64,000 nt of DNA from the human T2T-CHM13v2.0 reference genome, Homo sapiens: NCBI RefSeq assembly GCF_009914755.1, contig NC_060932.1, one strand, 5' to 3'. Below, piece after piece: positions 15,301-31,411 of the stretch (positions are counted from its first letter, which is position 1; each line of letters opens with the position of its first letter). The notes beneath the pieces are model-generated. The model made no database searches. It was not told the origin of the DNA and saw only the letters and a list, made by a program, of their open reading frames with translations. The translations under genes and the position numbers were made by a program.

Positions 15301-17077
15301 ACCTAATGTAAAAAATAAAATGTACAGAAGAAAGCATAGCAGGAAATCATTCTGACCTCAGGTTAGGCAAAGCTTTCTTAGATATGACACTAAAGGCATA
15401 ATTCATTAAAAAAATAAGTTGGGCTTTGTCAAAATTTTAAGTTTTGCTCTTCTGAAGAAACCATTAAAAAAAAATGAAAAGACAAGCCACAGACTATGAA
15501 AAAATACTTGCAAATCATATATCTGATAAAGGACTTGTACCCAGACCATGTAAAGAACTCATAACTCATTAATAAAAGGATAAAGAAAAAGCTGAAGACA
15601 ATTCATGCAAGAAGATATACAAATATTAAGCACATTAAAATGCTCAATATTATTAGTCACTAGGGAAATACAAATTAAAGGCCCAATGAAATACCTATTA
15701 CACACCCATTAGAATGACTGTAAACAACAAGACTGATAATTCCAACATCTGACCAAGATATGGAGAAACTAGAACTCTCCTACATTGCTGGCATGAGTGC
15801 AAAATGATACAGCCACTTTGAAACACCATTTGGCAGTTGCTTAAAAAATTGAACATTCAACTACCATATGACCCAGCAATTTCACTCTCAGGTATATAAC
15901 CAAAATACATGAAAACATGGATCTGCACAAGGTCTTGTATACAAATGTTCATAGCAACATTATTCATAATAACCAAAAATTAGCCCATCAACTGAAAAGT
16001 AGATAAACAAAATGTATATCCACACCATGGAACGCTACTCAGCAAACTTCTAAAAAGCAACAAACTACTAAACACGTGCAACAACATGAATGAGCCTCAG
16101 AAACATAAGTGAAAGAGGTCAGACACAAAAGACTACAAATTGTAAGATTCCATTTAGATACCATTTCTACAAACCGCAAAACTGTAGAGGCACGAAACAG
16201 ATTCATGGTCTGCTGCAGCTGGGGATGGGAGTGGGAACAGAGAGCAAACATTTTGGGATGATGGAAACATTCTAAAACTGGATTGTGATTTTGGTTACAC
16301 AACTGTATACATTTACTAAAATCAATGAACAGAACACTTTTAATGGGTAAGCCTTAAGGCATGTGAATTATACACCAATAAAGCTATTTTTTTTAAAAAA
16401 AAGAGAGAGAGAGAACGAGAGCTACATGGCAGCCCCAGGGCAATAGCTCTCAGATCTCCCTTAGAGAAAGAACTTTCTCTTCCACAGCAATGAGTGCAGG
16501 TAGCTAACACTGACCAACCTGCATCTGGTAGTTCATTTAAGGTCGGCCTTGGCTTTCAAGTTAAGGCCATGGTCTTTCTCTGCAGTCCCCAGCCAATACG
16601 TGGGCACAGAAAGGCACAGGGCATGGCTGATTCAGCCCAACATGAGGCTCCACACCCTAGAACTCCCTGTGGAGTTGGCCGATACTGCCTGTGACCTGCA
16701 ATGTGGTCTAAGCTGTCAGACCTCCACAGTGGCCAGAAGGTTTTCCATACCTGAGCCTGCTTCTACCCACTTTTATTTTTCCCAGGAGTCACGCTTAGTC
16801 ATCTCTTGCTCTTTGAACTCCATGTCTGTATCAGCTACCCAGAGGACCCATCAGACAGAAAGTAATATGCAGATAACAGCCCAGGGGAATCTGGGCAGCA
16901 CTGTGAAACCAACATTTCTTCAGTGAAACCTAGAACAAAAGTGGAATAAATAAAAACTAACTGTCTCATTTCAGCACTGGCAGTCTCACTCTGGAATCTG
17001 TGTTCATGCTACCCAGGCCTATACTACAAGCTCGTTCAGCCATAACAGGGCAACTGTGAGGCTGTTGGATGGGATGA

Positions 17078-18312
17078 TGTTGGAAGTAAATGCTCAGTGC
17101 TGCCAAGTGAAAATAGCACTCAGGCAGAAGTCTTCTCACCAAGGCAATTTACTTTTATAGAAGGGTGCATCTCGCGGATGGAACAATGGCGAGAGCACAC
17201 TGGACAAGGGAGGGGAAGGGGGCCTTATTTCTAATGCAGCTAGCCCTACTGCTATATCTTTCCCCCACTGACTAGGGTTGGACCGCACAGTCTAAGCTAA
17301 TTCCAATTGGCTATTTTAAAGACAGCAGAGGTACAAGCCACACTGGCAGGACAGTTACAGAACAGGTGACTAAGGATGACTAAGGACAGAACAGGTGACT
17401 AAGGATGACGAAGGACAGAACAGGTGATTAAGGACAGAGCAAGTGACTAAGGTTGACTAAGGACAGAGCAGGTGACTAAGGACAGAACAGGTGACTAAGG
17501 ATGACTAAGGACAGAACAGGTGAGTAAGGACAGAACAGGTGACTAAGGATGACTAAGGATAGAACAGGTGACTAAGGGTGACTAAGGATAGAACAGGTGA
17601 CTAAGGGTGACTAAGTACAGAGCGGGTGACTAAGTACAGACCAGGTGACTAAGAATGACTAAGGACAGAGCAGGTGACTAAGTACAGAACAGGTGACTAA
17701 GGGTGACTAAGTACAGAGTGGGTGACTAAGTACAGAGCAGGTGACTAAGGATGACTAAGGACAGAGCAGATGACTAAGTACAGAACAGGTGACTAAGGGT
17801 GATTAAGGACAGAACAGGTGACTAAGTACAGAACAGGTGACTGAGGATGAATAAGGACAGAACAGGTGACTAAGGGTGACTAAGGACAGAGCAGGTGACT
17901 AAGGACAGGTGACTACGGATGACTAAGGACAGAACAGGAGACTATGGATGACTAAGGACAGAGCAGGTGACTAAGGACAGAACAGGTGACTATGGATGAC
18001 TAAGGACAGAACAGGTGACTACGTATGACTTAGGACAGAACAGGTGACTAAGGACAGAACAGGTGACTAAGGACAGAGCAGGTGATAGAGGCTAGGAGCG
18101 GGCTGTTTACTGAAACTAGGGGTAAAGAGATGTAAAGAATGAGAAAGTTAAACTTTAAAATGGAGAACAAAGAACAGGGAAGCTGAATATACTGACACAT
18201 TGGTTCTTTGGAGAGGAACTCAGAACTCAGCGTACTTAACAATTTTCTCCCTCTTGAATTTTAAAAGACATTAACAGGCTAAACTTCGAAGAGGAATTTA
18301 TTGTTTCCTACA
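17078..18312 (-). mobile_element. LTR10-family (HERV-I, LTR10C-like) solo LTR with expanded internal VNTR
   Basis: TG...CA termini, perfect GATGA TSD (17073-77, 18313-17). Minus-strand GAGTTCTGAGTTCCTCTCCAAAGAACCAAT and AATTAGCTTAGACTGTGCGGTCCAACCCTAG match recalled LTR10 consensus. Confidence 0.85.
17357..18085. repeat. VNTR built from 19-nt GGACAGAACAGGTGACTAA and 10-nt GGATGACTAA units
   Basis: Read directly; ~35 TGACTAA copies by manual count. Confidence 0.95.
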
Positions 18313-19189
18313 GATGACAATTAATAATCAATCTTGCAATGTTTACTGAGGTCACTATCCTCAGTGCTATATGTGTTCTGTGTCCCATAGACTTCAGGGT
18401 AACTACATGGTCCTTAAACTTAGAATCTAAAGTATTTCCATGAGACCTTCCTTAATAGACGTTTGTTCTCAGCCTTCTTTCAATAGCAACATCCTTTGTT
18501 CACATGAGGATGCATAAAGAAATACAATACGTAAAAACATGTTATCAGGACCGCTCTCATTAAGCTGGGTAGGGGGTGGTCACACGAGGGTTTCAGATCC
18601 TCACCCAAGGATCTCATCTTTCTCTGCACAAGGGTAGGCTGCACAGCGCCTTTGTAGATACTTCCGAGATTGCTTGAAAACTGCCGGTCTGGCCCAGTCC
18701 CTCCTATCACTGACAAAGAAGCTGAGATCTCGAAAGACACGCCACCCATGAGCAGTAACTCAGTGCAAAGAATCTAAATACCAGAACTCCTGACCCACAA
18801 GGCTTTCTCTGTGCACCCAAGATGTCCCAAACTGAAATGGTCTATGCACGACAGAGAACTTTGATCACACTCAGAAAACGTCTTTGAAAATGAAACATGG
18901 CACATTGCAGAGATGTCACAAATGAGACTTCCCTTGATGGTCCCTGAGAGCGTCTTTGTGTTCCATGTAGCTGCTCCCATTATTTTGGGCAGACATTGAC
19001 AGTCTTTGATGAAACATTTTTCACCTTGAGTTACAGTAAATGTTATCATCTCATGTTTTTGGAAATGCCATTCAAGGACTTGAGAGATCATTTCTAGATA
19101 ATTGTTTATAACCATGCCCCTTATAATTTCATTTGAGATTATATGAGAAAAATCTAAGCATACCTATTTAATAAAGGATTTGGACAACT

Positions 19190-19500
19190 GCATCTCAAAC
19201 TTTAATACAAATTCAAATCACCTGGGGATATTGTTAACTGGCAGATTCTACTTCAGCACATCTGGGGCCAGAAAGGCTGCGTTTCTCTCCCCTCCCCTCC
19301 CCTCCTCTCCCCTCTCCTCTCCTCTCCTCCTTCCTTCTCTCTCTCCTCCTTCCTTCTGTCTCTTCTCTGTCTTCTCTCTCTCTTCTTTCTTTCAAGATGG
19401 GTCTCCCTCTGTCACCCGGCTGGAGTACAGTGGCACACTCATGGCTCACTGCAAAGGCTGGATTCTAACAAGCTATCCGGTGATGTGGATGCAGTTTCAG
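19190..19500. mobile_element. MER5-like relic interrupted by a CT-rich tract and an antisense Alu fragment
   Basis: AATCACCTGGGG...CAGATTCT, then TTCTAACAAGCT resumes after the pyrimidine tract (19285-19392) and Alu piece. Confidence 0.55.
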
Positions 19501-19593
19501 AAGCAGGGAGTTAGAATACGCAATGGGATATTATAAATGTACATTTCATTTACTTCTGCACAAGATGTAATGTCTTGTTAAACCAAACTGCTA

Positions 19594-19724
19594 TTTTTTT
19601 TTTTTTGAGACAGAGTCTCACTCTGTCACCCAAGCTGGAGTGCAGTGGCCCAATATCGGCTCACTGCAACCTCCGCCTCCCGGGTTCACGCCATTCTCTT
19701 GCCTCATGAGGTCAGGAGATTGAG
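19594..19724 (-). mobile_element. Short AluY/Sc with 5' inversion
   Basis: Antisense 3' arm joined to a sense left-arm piece; ACCAAAYTGCTA TSD. Confidence 0.85.
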
Positions 19725-20093
19725 ACCAAATTGCTATTTCTTACAGTGTTGCAAATACCTTGTGAGATTCTTATCAAGGTATTGGAGAATAACTAGGGCA
19801 CTGATTATGAGAACATCAGAATTGTCAGAGGCGTCCTAACTAGGGTGACTCCATCCTGAATAAAGCCTGGATAGAGCCAAACCTGATGGGGGACATTCCC
19901 TGAGGGATGATCACTCTCAGTCACAGGATGTTTATAGTTGAGGGAACGAGTTAATGATGCTGACTACCTACCTAAAGAACCAGAACTTACAGAAATGTCC
20001 CAGTATTTGAAGAACAAACAGCATTGTTAGTTTAAGAACAGGGTTCGTTTTAGAGATAACAGCACATTCATAAATTCTTGCTGAAATCAATAG

Positions 20094-23950
<3,857 letters not shown>

Positions 23951-24097
23951 AATAAATTACACTCTTCTTTGCCTTAATATGCTATATAGGCAAGCATTAC
24001 GTTTAAGGTGCTCCTCCTTGCTTTTCGAGGACACCCTACTCGGTAATAGTTTCTAATAAGCAGTTTTAACTTTACTATACTCTGCAACTTGCCCTGA

Positions 24098-24461
<364 letters not shown>

Positions 24462-24478
24462 GACAAGACCCTTTTTTA

Positions 24479-24640
<162 letters not shown>

Positions 24641-24644
24641 CTAT

Positions 24645-24885
24645 GTCAACTGGGAGCCTGATATAACTTGTCCGGGCGTCCGTGTATTTGAGGTCTGTGC
24701 GAGCGTTTGTCTGTTTAGTGTGTAAACTCGTGTAACCACCACTGTGGTGAAGACACAGAGCAGCTCCGTGACCAGAAGGTTCTGTCCTGGGGCCCTTTTA
24801 TAACCACGGAACCCACCAGCTTCTGTCCCTTCCTTAACTCCTGGCAACCACTCATCTGCCTTCCACTTCCATAATTCTGCCATTA
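24645..24885 (-). mobile_element. L1MC/MD 3' UTR fragment
   Basis: CCTGGCAACCACTCATCTG motif; degenerate. Confidence 0.55.
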
Positions 24886-25614
24886 ATAACCTGTTACTTT
24901 ATTTCACATGACAAGTAGTGACTTAATTGCAGATAAAGGGAACATTCATGTTTGCGCTTTTCTTGTCATTGCTTCCTTATGTGAACCTTTCTCTGCTTAC
25001 AGGGAATCATATCGAGAAGTACAGTTTCTGTTTGGAGAGAATGGAAAGAGAAAAGAAAAATAAACACAATGGTCTCAATGTTCGAAAAAGCATGCAGTGG
25101 AAATAATCACCTAAACCTAAACACCCTTTTGCACAACAGACCTACAGATAGTGATGGAAATGTCACAAGCTTCCTTCCAAAAGCACTGCAGAACTCCTAA
25201 TAAAGAATGGAAATCCTCAGGCGGTGGGGAGTCAAGAGAGGCAGCCGGGATGCCGAGTCCAGGTCCTGGGGTCCGGCCGCTGCCAGGTAGGGCAGAGCAG
25301 GCTCTTGGGGAGCAGAGGCTTGGGTTTTCATGTCGAACAGGATCAGCAGATGAGGAAGTGGACCTGTGAAAAGTCGCTGGCATTGCAGCTGAGATCCCCT
25401 AAAGAAAAGCAAACTCCTGGAAGGACACGCTGAGAGGAAGAGGACTAGGAAAAACTGCACAAGAGGCCAAAGAAGCCAGACCGGCCCAGAGCTCCAATCA
25501 GGGAGAGCAAAAAAGAGACTCAACAGGTTTAAGTTCATATACGGTCATACAGGCCATGTTTTCTGAACTAAGCATAATGTAGGAAATTAATTGTATGAAG
25601 AAATCCAAACACTA

Positions 25615-25900
25615 GGCTGGGCACAGTGGCTCACGTCTGTAATCCAAGCACTTTGGGAGGCCAAGGTGGGCAGATCACTTGAAGCCAAGAGTTCGAGACC
25701 AGCCTGGCCTCCATGGTAAAAGCCCATCTCTACTAAAAATACAAAAAAAATTAGCAGGCATGGTGGCGCACACCTGTAATCCGGCCACTTAGGAGGCTGA
25801 GACACGAGAATCAGCTTGAACCAGGAGGCGGAGGTTGCAGTGAGCCCAGATCGTACCATTGCACTCCAGCCTGGGTGACAGAGTGAGACTCTGTCTCAAA
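25615..25900 (+). mobile_element. AluSx inside an old L1 ORF2 relic (~25500-26720)
   Basis: Full dimer with diverged TSD AGAARTCCAAAMACT. Confidence 0.93.
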
Positions 25901-26126
25901 GAAGTCCAAAAACTGTATTTGTAGGTTGAAAACATAAATAATTGATACATCAAAAGAAATCATAATGGAAATGAAAAAATATTTAGAACTGAAATAAAAC
26001 CTTCTGGGACATACCTAATGCAATAGTTAGAGGGGACTATGCAGCCTTAATTGCTTATATTAGTAGTAAAGGGGGAAGAAACCTAAAACTTTGTTAGCTA
26101 AATATTGAATGAAATAAACTGGGGAG

Positions 26127-26544
<418 letters not shown>

Positions 26545-26819
26545 CTAATAAAATAGACAAATTTCCGAAAGTTTGACCAAGGGTTGGAAGAAAAGAAGGA
26601 ACAAAACAATGTTAGGCATGAAAGGGAAACGTAACTACTCACTACACTTACATACGCCTTTAAGTTTTCAAATCTTGAAGAATTTTGAAAGCATATGACA
26701 ATAATAAACAATGGAAAGTAAAAGAAAATCTAAAAGGATGTTACATTAGAGGTTATATTAGAAATAATTAGATATAATTCAGCAAAAACAGACTTAAATC
26801 AAAAATTGCAATGAAATAG

Positions 26820-27290
26820 CGTGAAGTCTGGGAGGGAATGCAAAATTTTGATGCCCTCTCCCCGTGGAATCTGAACACATCACCCTCCCAGGGCCAGGAC
26901 ATCAATCAGTGCGTTCATGAACTCCTCTAAAGAACTTCCACCAAGGCTGTGCTGCAGAGTTTTTTATTGATGTGTCATTATGTGGGCATGAGATTGATTA
27001 AATTTATTAAGTTGGTTGATTGACCTCAATCTCTGGTCCTCTCCTCCATCCCCATGGTCATGATCAACCGAAGTCCCAACTTTCTAACCAAGTGCTTGGT
27101 CCTTCTGGTGACCAGCCCCCATCCTGAAGCCACCTAGGGGCCACCGGGGGTCACCTCATTAGCATCACAAAGACACTCCTAGTGCTCAGGAAATTACAAG
27201 GGTTTCTGAAGCTCTGTGCCAGGAACTAGGGACCAAGAACATGTATCTATTAGCCTCATTTAACAGATGTCCATTTTTGTTACACCACAC
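26820..27290 (-). mobile_element. MER21-like LTR fragment
   Basis: TGGTGACCAGCCCCCATCCTGAAGC...CACCTCATTAGCAT...AGCTCTGTGCCAGGAAC. Confidence 0.7.
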
Positions 27291-27442
27291 ATGGCAAGCC
27301 TGGTAAGGAGAGCCTTCCCCAAGAAGGTATGTAAGCAACTAGGAACTGGGTGGGATGTTTAATCCTCTTTCATGGAAGAGGAAAAATAATTGGAAATAAT
27401 AATACATGGCATGACGAGAAAAAACTTAAAATCCCATGTTGA

Positions 27443-27680
27443 GGCCGGGTGCAGTGGCTCACACCTATAATCCTAGCACTTTGGGAGGCTGGTGGTGGGC
27501 AGGTTGCCTGAGCTCAGGAGTTCAAGACCAGCCTGGGCAACATAGTGAAACCCCGTCTCTACTAAAAATACAAAAAATGTGCTGGGTGTGGTGGCGTGCA
27601 CCTGTAGTCCCAGCTACTTGGGAGGCTGAGGCAGTAGAATGACTTGAACCTGGGAGGCAGAGTTTGCCTCCAAAAAAAAA
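27443..27680 (+). mobile_element. AluS lacking the last ~50 nt of the right arm
   Basis: TSD AAAATCCYATGTTGA intact on both sides. Confidence 0.9.
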
Positions 27681-27751
27681 AAAATCCTATGTTGAACATG
27701 TTATGTTTGAGAGGTCTGAGTGACATCCGAATTAAGATGTGAAGTAGAGTG

Positions 27752-27789
27752 GTGTGTGTGTGTCTGTGTGTGTGTGTGTGTGTGTGTGT
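27752..27789. repeat. (TG)n microsatellite
   Basis: Read directly. Confidence 0.9.
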
Positions 27790-27946
27790 AGTCCAGACAC
27801 TGCATGAGGACAAATCAGTAGGTGTGTGTGTCTTTTACGTCTCAGGAATTGATAAACTCACCTGGAAGGAGAAAGCAACAGAGCCCCAAGCTTTAGCCAT
27901 AGGGAACTCCAAACATTAGATCTGGTAAATGTAGAGAAGCTGTGTC

Positions 27947-28368
27947 TGGCAAAAGAAATACTTCAGCTGAGTTAAATTTAAAGGACCTTCATTGGGTAAT
28001 GAACGGCAAATCAGGCAGCCCCCAGAATCACAGCAAATTTAGAGAGACCGCAGCACAGCCGAAGAAGATTTATAGACCAAACAAAGGGAAATAATGTACA
28101 GAAATCAGGGGTAATGTACAGAAACAACTGGGTTGGTTACAGCTCAGCATTTGCCTTATTTAAACACAGTTTGAACACTCAGCAGCGTATAAATGGTTGA
28201 AGTATGGCTGCTGGGATTAGCCGAGACTCAGCTATTGTTACAGGTGCATACTCCTAGGTTAGGTTCTCAATCTTGTCTACCTATTAAGTTAGATTGCAGT
28301 TCGTCCACAAGGACTCGAATATAAAAGTACTGGAGTCCTTCTCTGGCCATATTTAGTTTGCTTTAACA
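27947..28368 (-). mobile_element. MER57A-like solo LTR (ERV1)
   Basis: Minus strand starts TGTTAAAGCAAACTAAATATGGCC...AAGGACTCC and ends CTGAAGTATTTCTTTT. Confidence 0.85.
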
Positions 28369-28706
28369 CTACCCATGATAGAGAGTTCAAAGTCACAAAA
28401 TCTAAGAAGAAAACATATTTCAAGAAGTCACTGGTTAGTTAACTGTTGAAAGCTAGCTGAGAACAATAGATCTGAGTAGAACCTCTTTAGGGGATCACAT
28501 TGCTGAGAAGTAAAGCTCTTTGTCAACCAAAAATCAAGATCCCAAACATCTCTCATCTCTGCTCCCTTCCCTCCAATGTGATTGTTCCTCCCCTTCTTTG
28601 CTTCTCTTTGTTCTTTAAATTTATTTTTCTATATTCAACTCAATTCTTTTTCCTTCTCTTCCACCTCCTATGTTCCCTTCCTTTCTGGAGGCCCAAATGA
28701 TTTCAT

Positions 28707-29098
28707 TAAAATCAAGGTGTCAGCAGAGATTCCTTACTTTCTGGGGGCGCTGGGTGGGAATGCGTCTCTTGTCTCTTCTGGGATCTAGAGGTACCGCCTT
28801 CCTTGGCTCATGGCCCCTTCCTCCATCTTCAAAGCCAGCAACGGCAGGGGAGTCGTTCTCATCTTACTTCACTCTGACACTCACTCTTCTGCCCTCTCTT
28901 CCCCAATTAGGAACCCTTGTGATTACATTGATTACCTTGGGCTCCCCAGAATAACCCAGGTGGACTTCTTTGTTTTAAAGTCAGCTGATTAGTACCTTTT
29001 CCACCTACCACCTGAATCCCCCCGGCCATGGAAGGAAACATATTGACAGATTTTCAGATTAGAACATCTTTGAGGAGACCTTACTCTGCTGCCAACAC
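28707..29098 (-). mobile_element. MLT1D-like MaLR LTR
   Basis: AATCAAGGTGTCAGCAG, CCTTGGCTCATGGCCCCTTCCTCCATCTTCAAAGCCAGCAA. Confidence 0.8.
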
Positions 29099-31240
29099 TG
29101 GCCCCTGATTGCCTCACACTAAATCCAGGACGGATGCACTGACCATGGGTTCTCACTGGCACCCAGCCTGAAACCTCAGATAAGGCATTGGTCTTCTCAG
29201 AGCCAGGGTTTCTTCAACTGGCAATTTTCACAATAATCCCTGTCTGGTGCCTGAGAGCACAGGATGATGGCCAGGGAGTCGACGCCCTTCTGAAAGGGGG
29301 AAGAAGCAAAGGCATCTCGGTTTGCAGTATTCAGTGAGTTATGCTGACTCAAAGACACGAATCAGACACTGACTGGTAGGAACCCCCAGCACAGATTAAG
29401 AAGTGCATAGCCAACAGGCCTGACTCCAAACAATTCAAACAACAAGGAAAGAATAGAGAACTTATCATTATTGTGTCTGTTTGACAAATACTTAATTGAC
29501 CATAATGTAAGGCTGGAATTTGCCTATTTTAAAGTTACCTGGGGTTGTAATTAAACTGTTTTGTTCAGTGTTCTCAATTCTAATTCTACTACTTTATTTA
29601 AAACTATAAATTTTTGTGTCAGGAAGACAATATCTACTTTTATCCCTCTAATATTTAACCCCTTAATGGAGACAGTAATTAGAATTATTGACCTGAAACT
29701 ACACAAGATCATACAAACATTCTTCAGGCTAAACTATTATTTTGTTTGGTATGAGTTCCCAGTCTAAGCGTTAATATTTTCCCAAAGCCTCAGGACCTTG
29801 CAGGGACCAAACTCCACCTAGAACTCTAAGATACTGGCGGCAGCTGTCAATTTCATTAATCTGGTTTCAATTTTTTTAATATTTGGATTACAGCTTATCT
29901 ATGGGAACTCATAGTTGTTCCATCTTTAATATTCCAGATAGACGATTTACTGAAAAAGCTAATTCAGTATTGTCTCCCGTGAGCCAGCCAATGAAACCTC
30001 AGCCAACGCTGAGGAGGGAGCACTCGAGGGGAGGAACGCCATCCTGGGCTCTCTAGGGCTGTTGTCTGTCAACAGCGAGATGAGAACAACGGGCAACAGC
30101 AGCAGCTCCGTCGGCCCACGGCCGCCCCAGGGGCCCTGGGAGGGCGGGAAAGGAGACACTGCCAGACCTCAGAGCTTGGCACCAAGAGCCAGTTATCAGC
30201 CAGATAATGTACTCAACCAATGGCGAGAAACCCGACCATGAACTTATTGGGAACTGGTCACAGAAAAGAGAAGGACTCTTTGTCCTGAGTGTGTGAGGCT
30301 GTGATGGTAGGAGCCGCAGGGCTGTGACTCACACGATGCCACAAGGTTCCTTCCAAAAACAACTGGGGATGCTGTGTGGGGAAAGGGCTGATGGCACAGT
30401 AGGAGGTAACGGGCTCAAAACTGACCTCCTTTTTAGGGGTGAGGAAAAGACTGTCACCTCATCTTGTGGCTTCAGAGCCCAGAAGAGATTGTGGAGCAGC
30501 GGTTAGAGACTTACGGAGGAATTCTGATATTTTTAACTCTTCGGCACTTTGCTTTTCTTGAGCAATTCCCACACCACCCCTTTTTAAAGATTTATTAGAT
30601 TCAGGGGCTACTTTATAATATCCTTGGAGCCCAAATTAGACTTTAAGCACATAACATATCTGAGCTTGAGGAGTTTAACTTCTTCAACAAAGGAGCAAAG
30701 AGATTTGGTGAAATGACCCCCATGGTCCCTAATGCTGATGGACCCACCGAAGTTAGCCTGTCACCAGAAGCAAAGGGATACTATTTTTAAGATATGAGGA
30801 TCTTTTCCACATTTCTGTTCAAAGCAGTAACTTTGCAGCTTCATCTATTGAAGGCCTCATCTCCACCTGCTTTTCCTACCCTGGATTCACAGGGCTTGTG
30901 GTGCCCTCTCCCTGCCTCCACTCACCTTCCAACAAGTGCTGGAGTTTGATTCACACCAAACAGAAATAGCCAAAATTTGTAAGAACTCTATTGGGCAGCT
31001 CTTCTGTATCAATGACTGTACAGGCTCCAAGGGCCAGAAATAATGAAGATACAGCACCTATCTCAGCGAGCTGACAGCCTTGAAGGGGGATGAGGCTGGA
31101 AAACAAATGACAACACAGTGTGATAAGTTCACTGCAGACCAGGGAGAGCGACAACTTTGAGAAAGGGTGATTGCTTTTAAACGGAAAGGAAAAGAGCTTG
31201 GGAAATACTTCCAGAAGAAACTGACATCTAACTTAGGTGA

Positions 31241-31411
31241 GTTTTTTTTTTTTTTAGGTGGGGTCTCACTGCGTTGCACAGGCTGCAGTGCAGTGGCTAT
31301 TCAGAGGCATGGTCATAGCTCACTGCAGCCCTGAATTCCTGCACTCAAGCGATCCTCCTCCCTCAGCCTCCTGAGTGGCTGCAACTACAGGTGCATGCCA
31401 CCATGCCTGAC
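31241..31411 (-). mobile_element. FRAM/AluJ right monomer within L2 relics (~30960-31790)
   Basis: T tail plus CATAGCTCACTGCAGCC...CAAGCGATCCTCC. Confidence 0.85.

Larger units (their letters stand above)
13905..16400 (+). mobile_element. Old L1M ORF2 plus 3' UTR, interrupted by an Alu and MER20
   Basis: Collinear L1 motifs (AGATTCAATGCAATCC, GACAAGCCACAGACT, GACCCAGCAATTTCACTC) ending at AATAAAGCT. Confidence 0.8.

Noticed and set aside
16420-17050. Possible old ERVL LTR (LTR16/LTR33-like)
   Set aside because: Resemblance too weak to assign family or boundaries by eye.
17357-18085. CRISPR-like appearance of the repeat array
   Set aside because: No unique spacers and no cas genes; it is a tandem repeat inside a primate LTR.
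29985-30180. GC-rich patch as a CpG-island promoter
   Set aside because: Too short and too few CpGs; no supporting exon structure.
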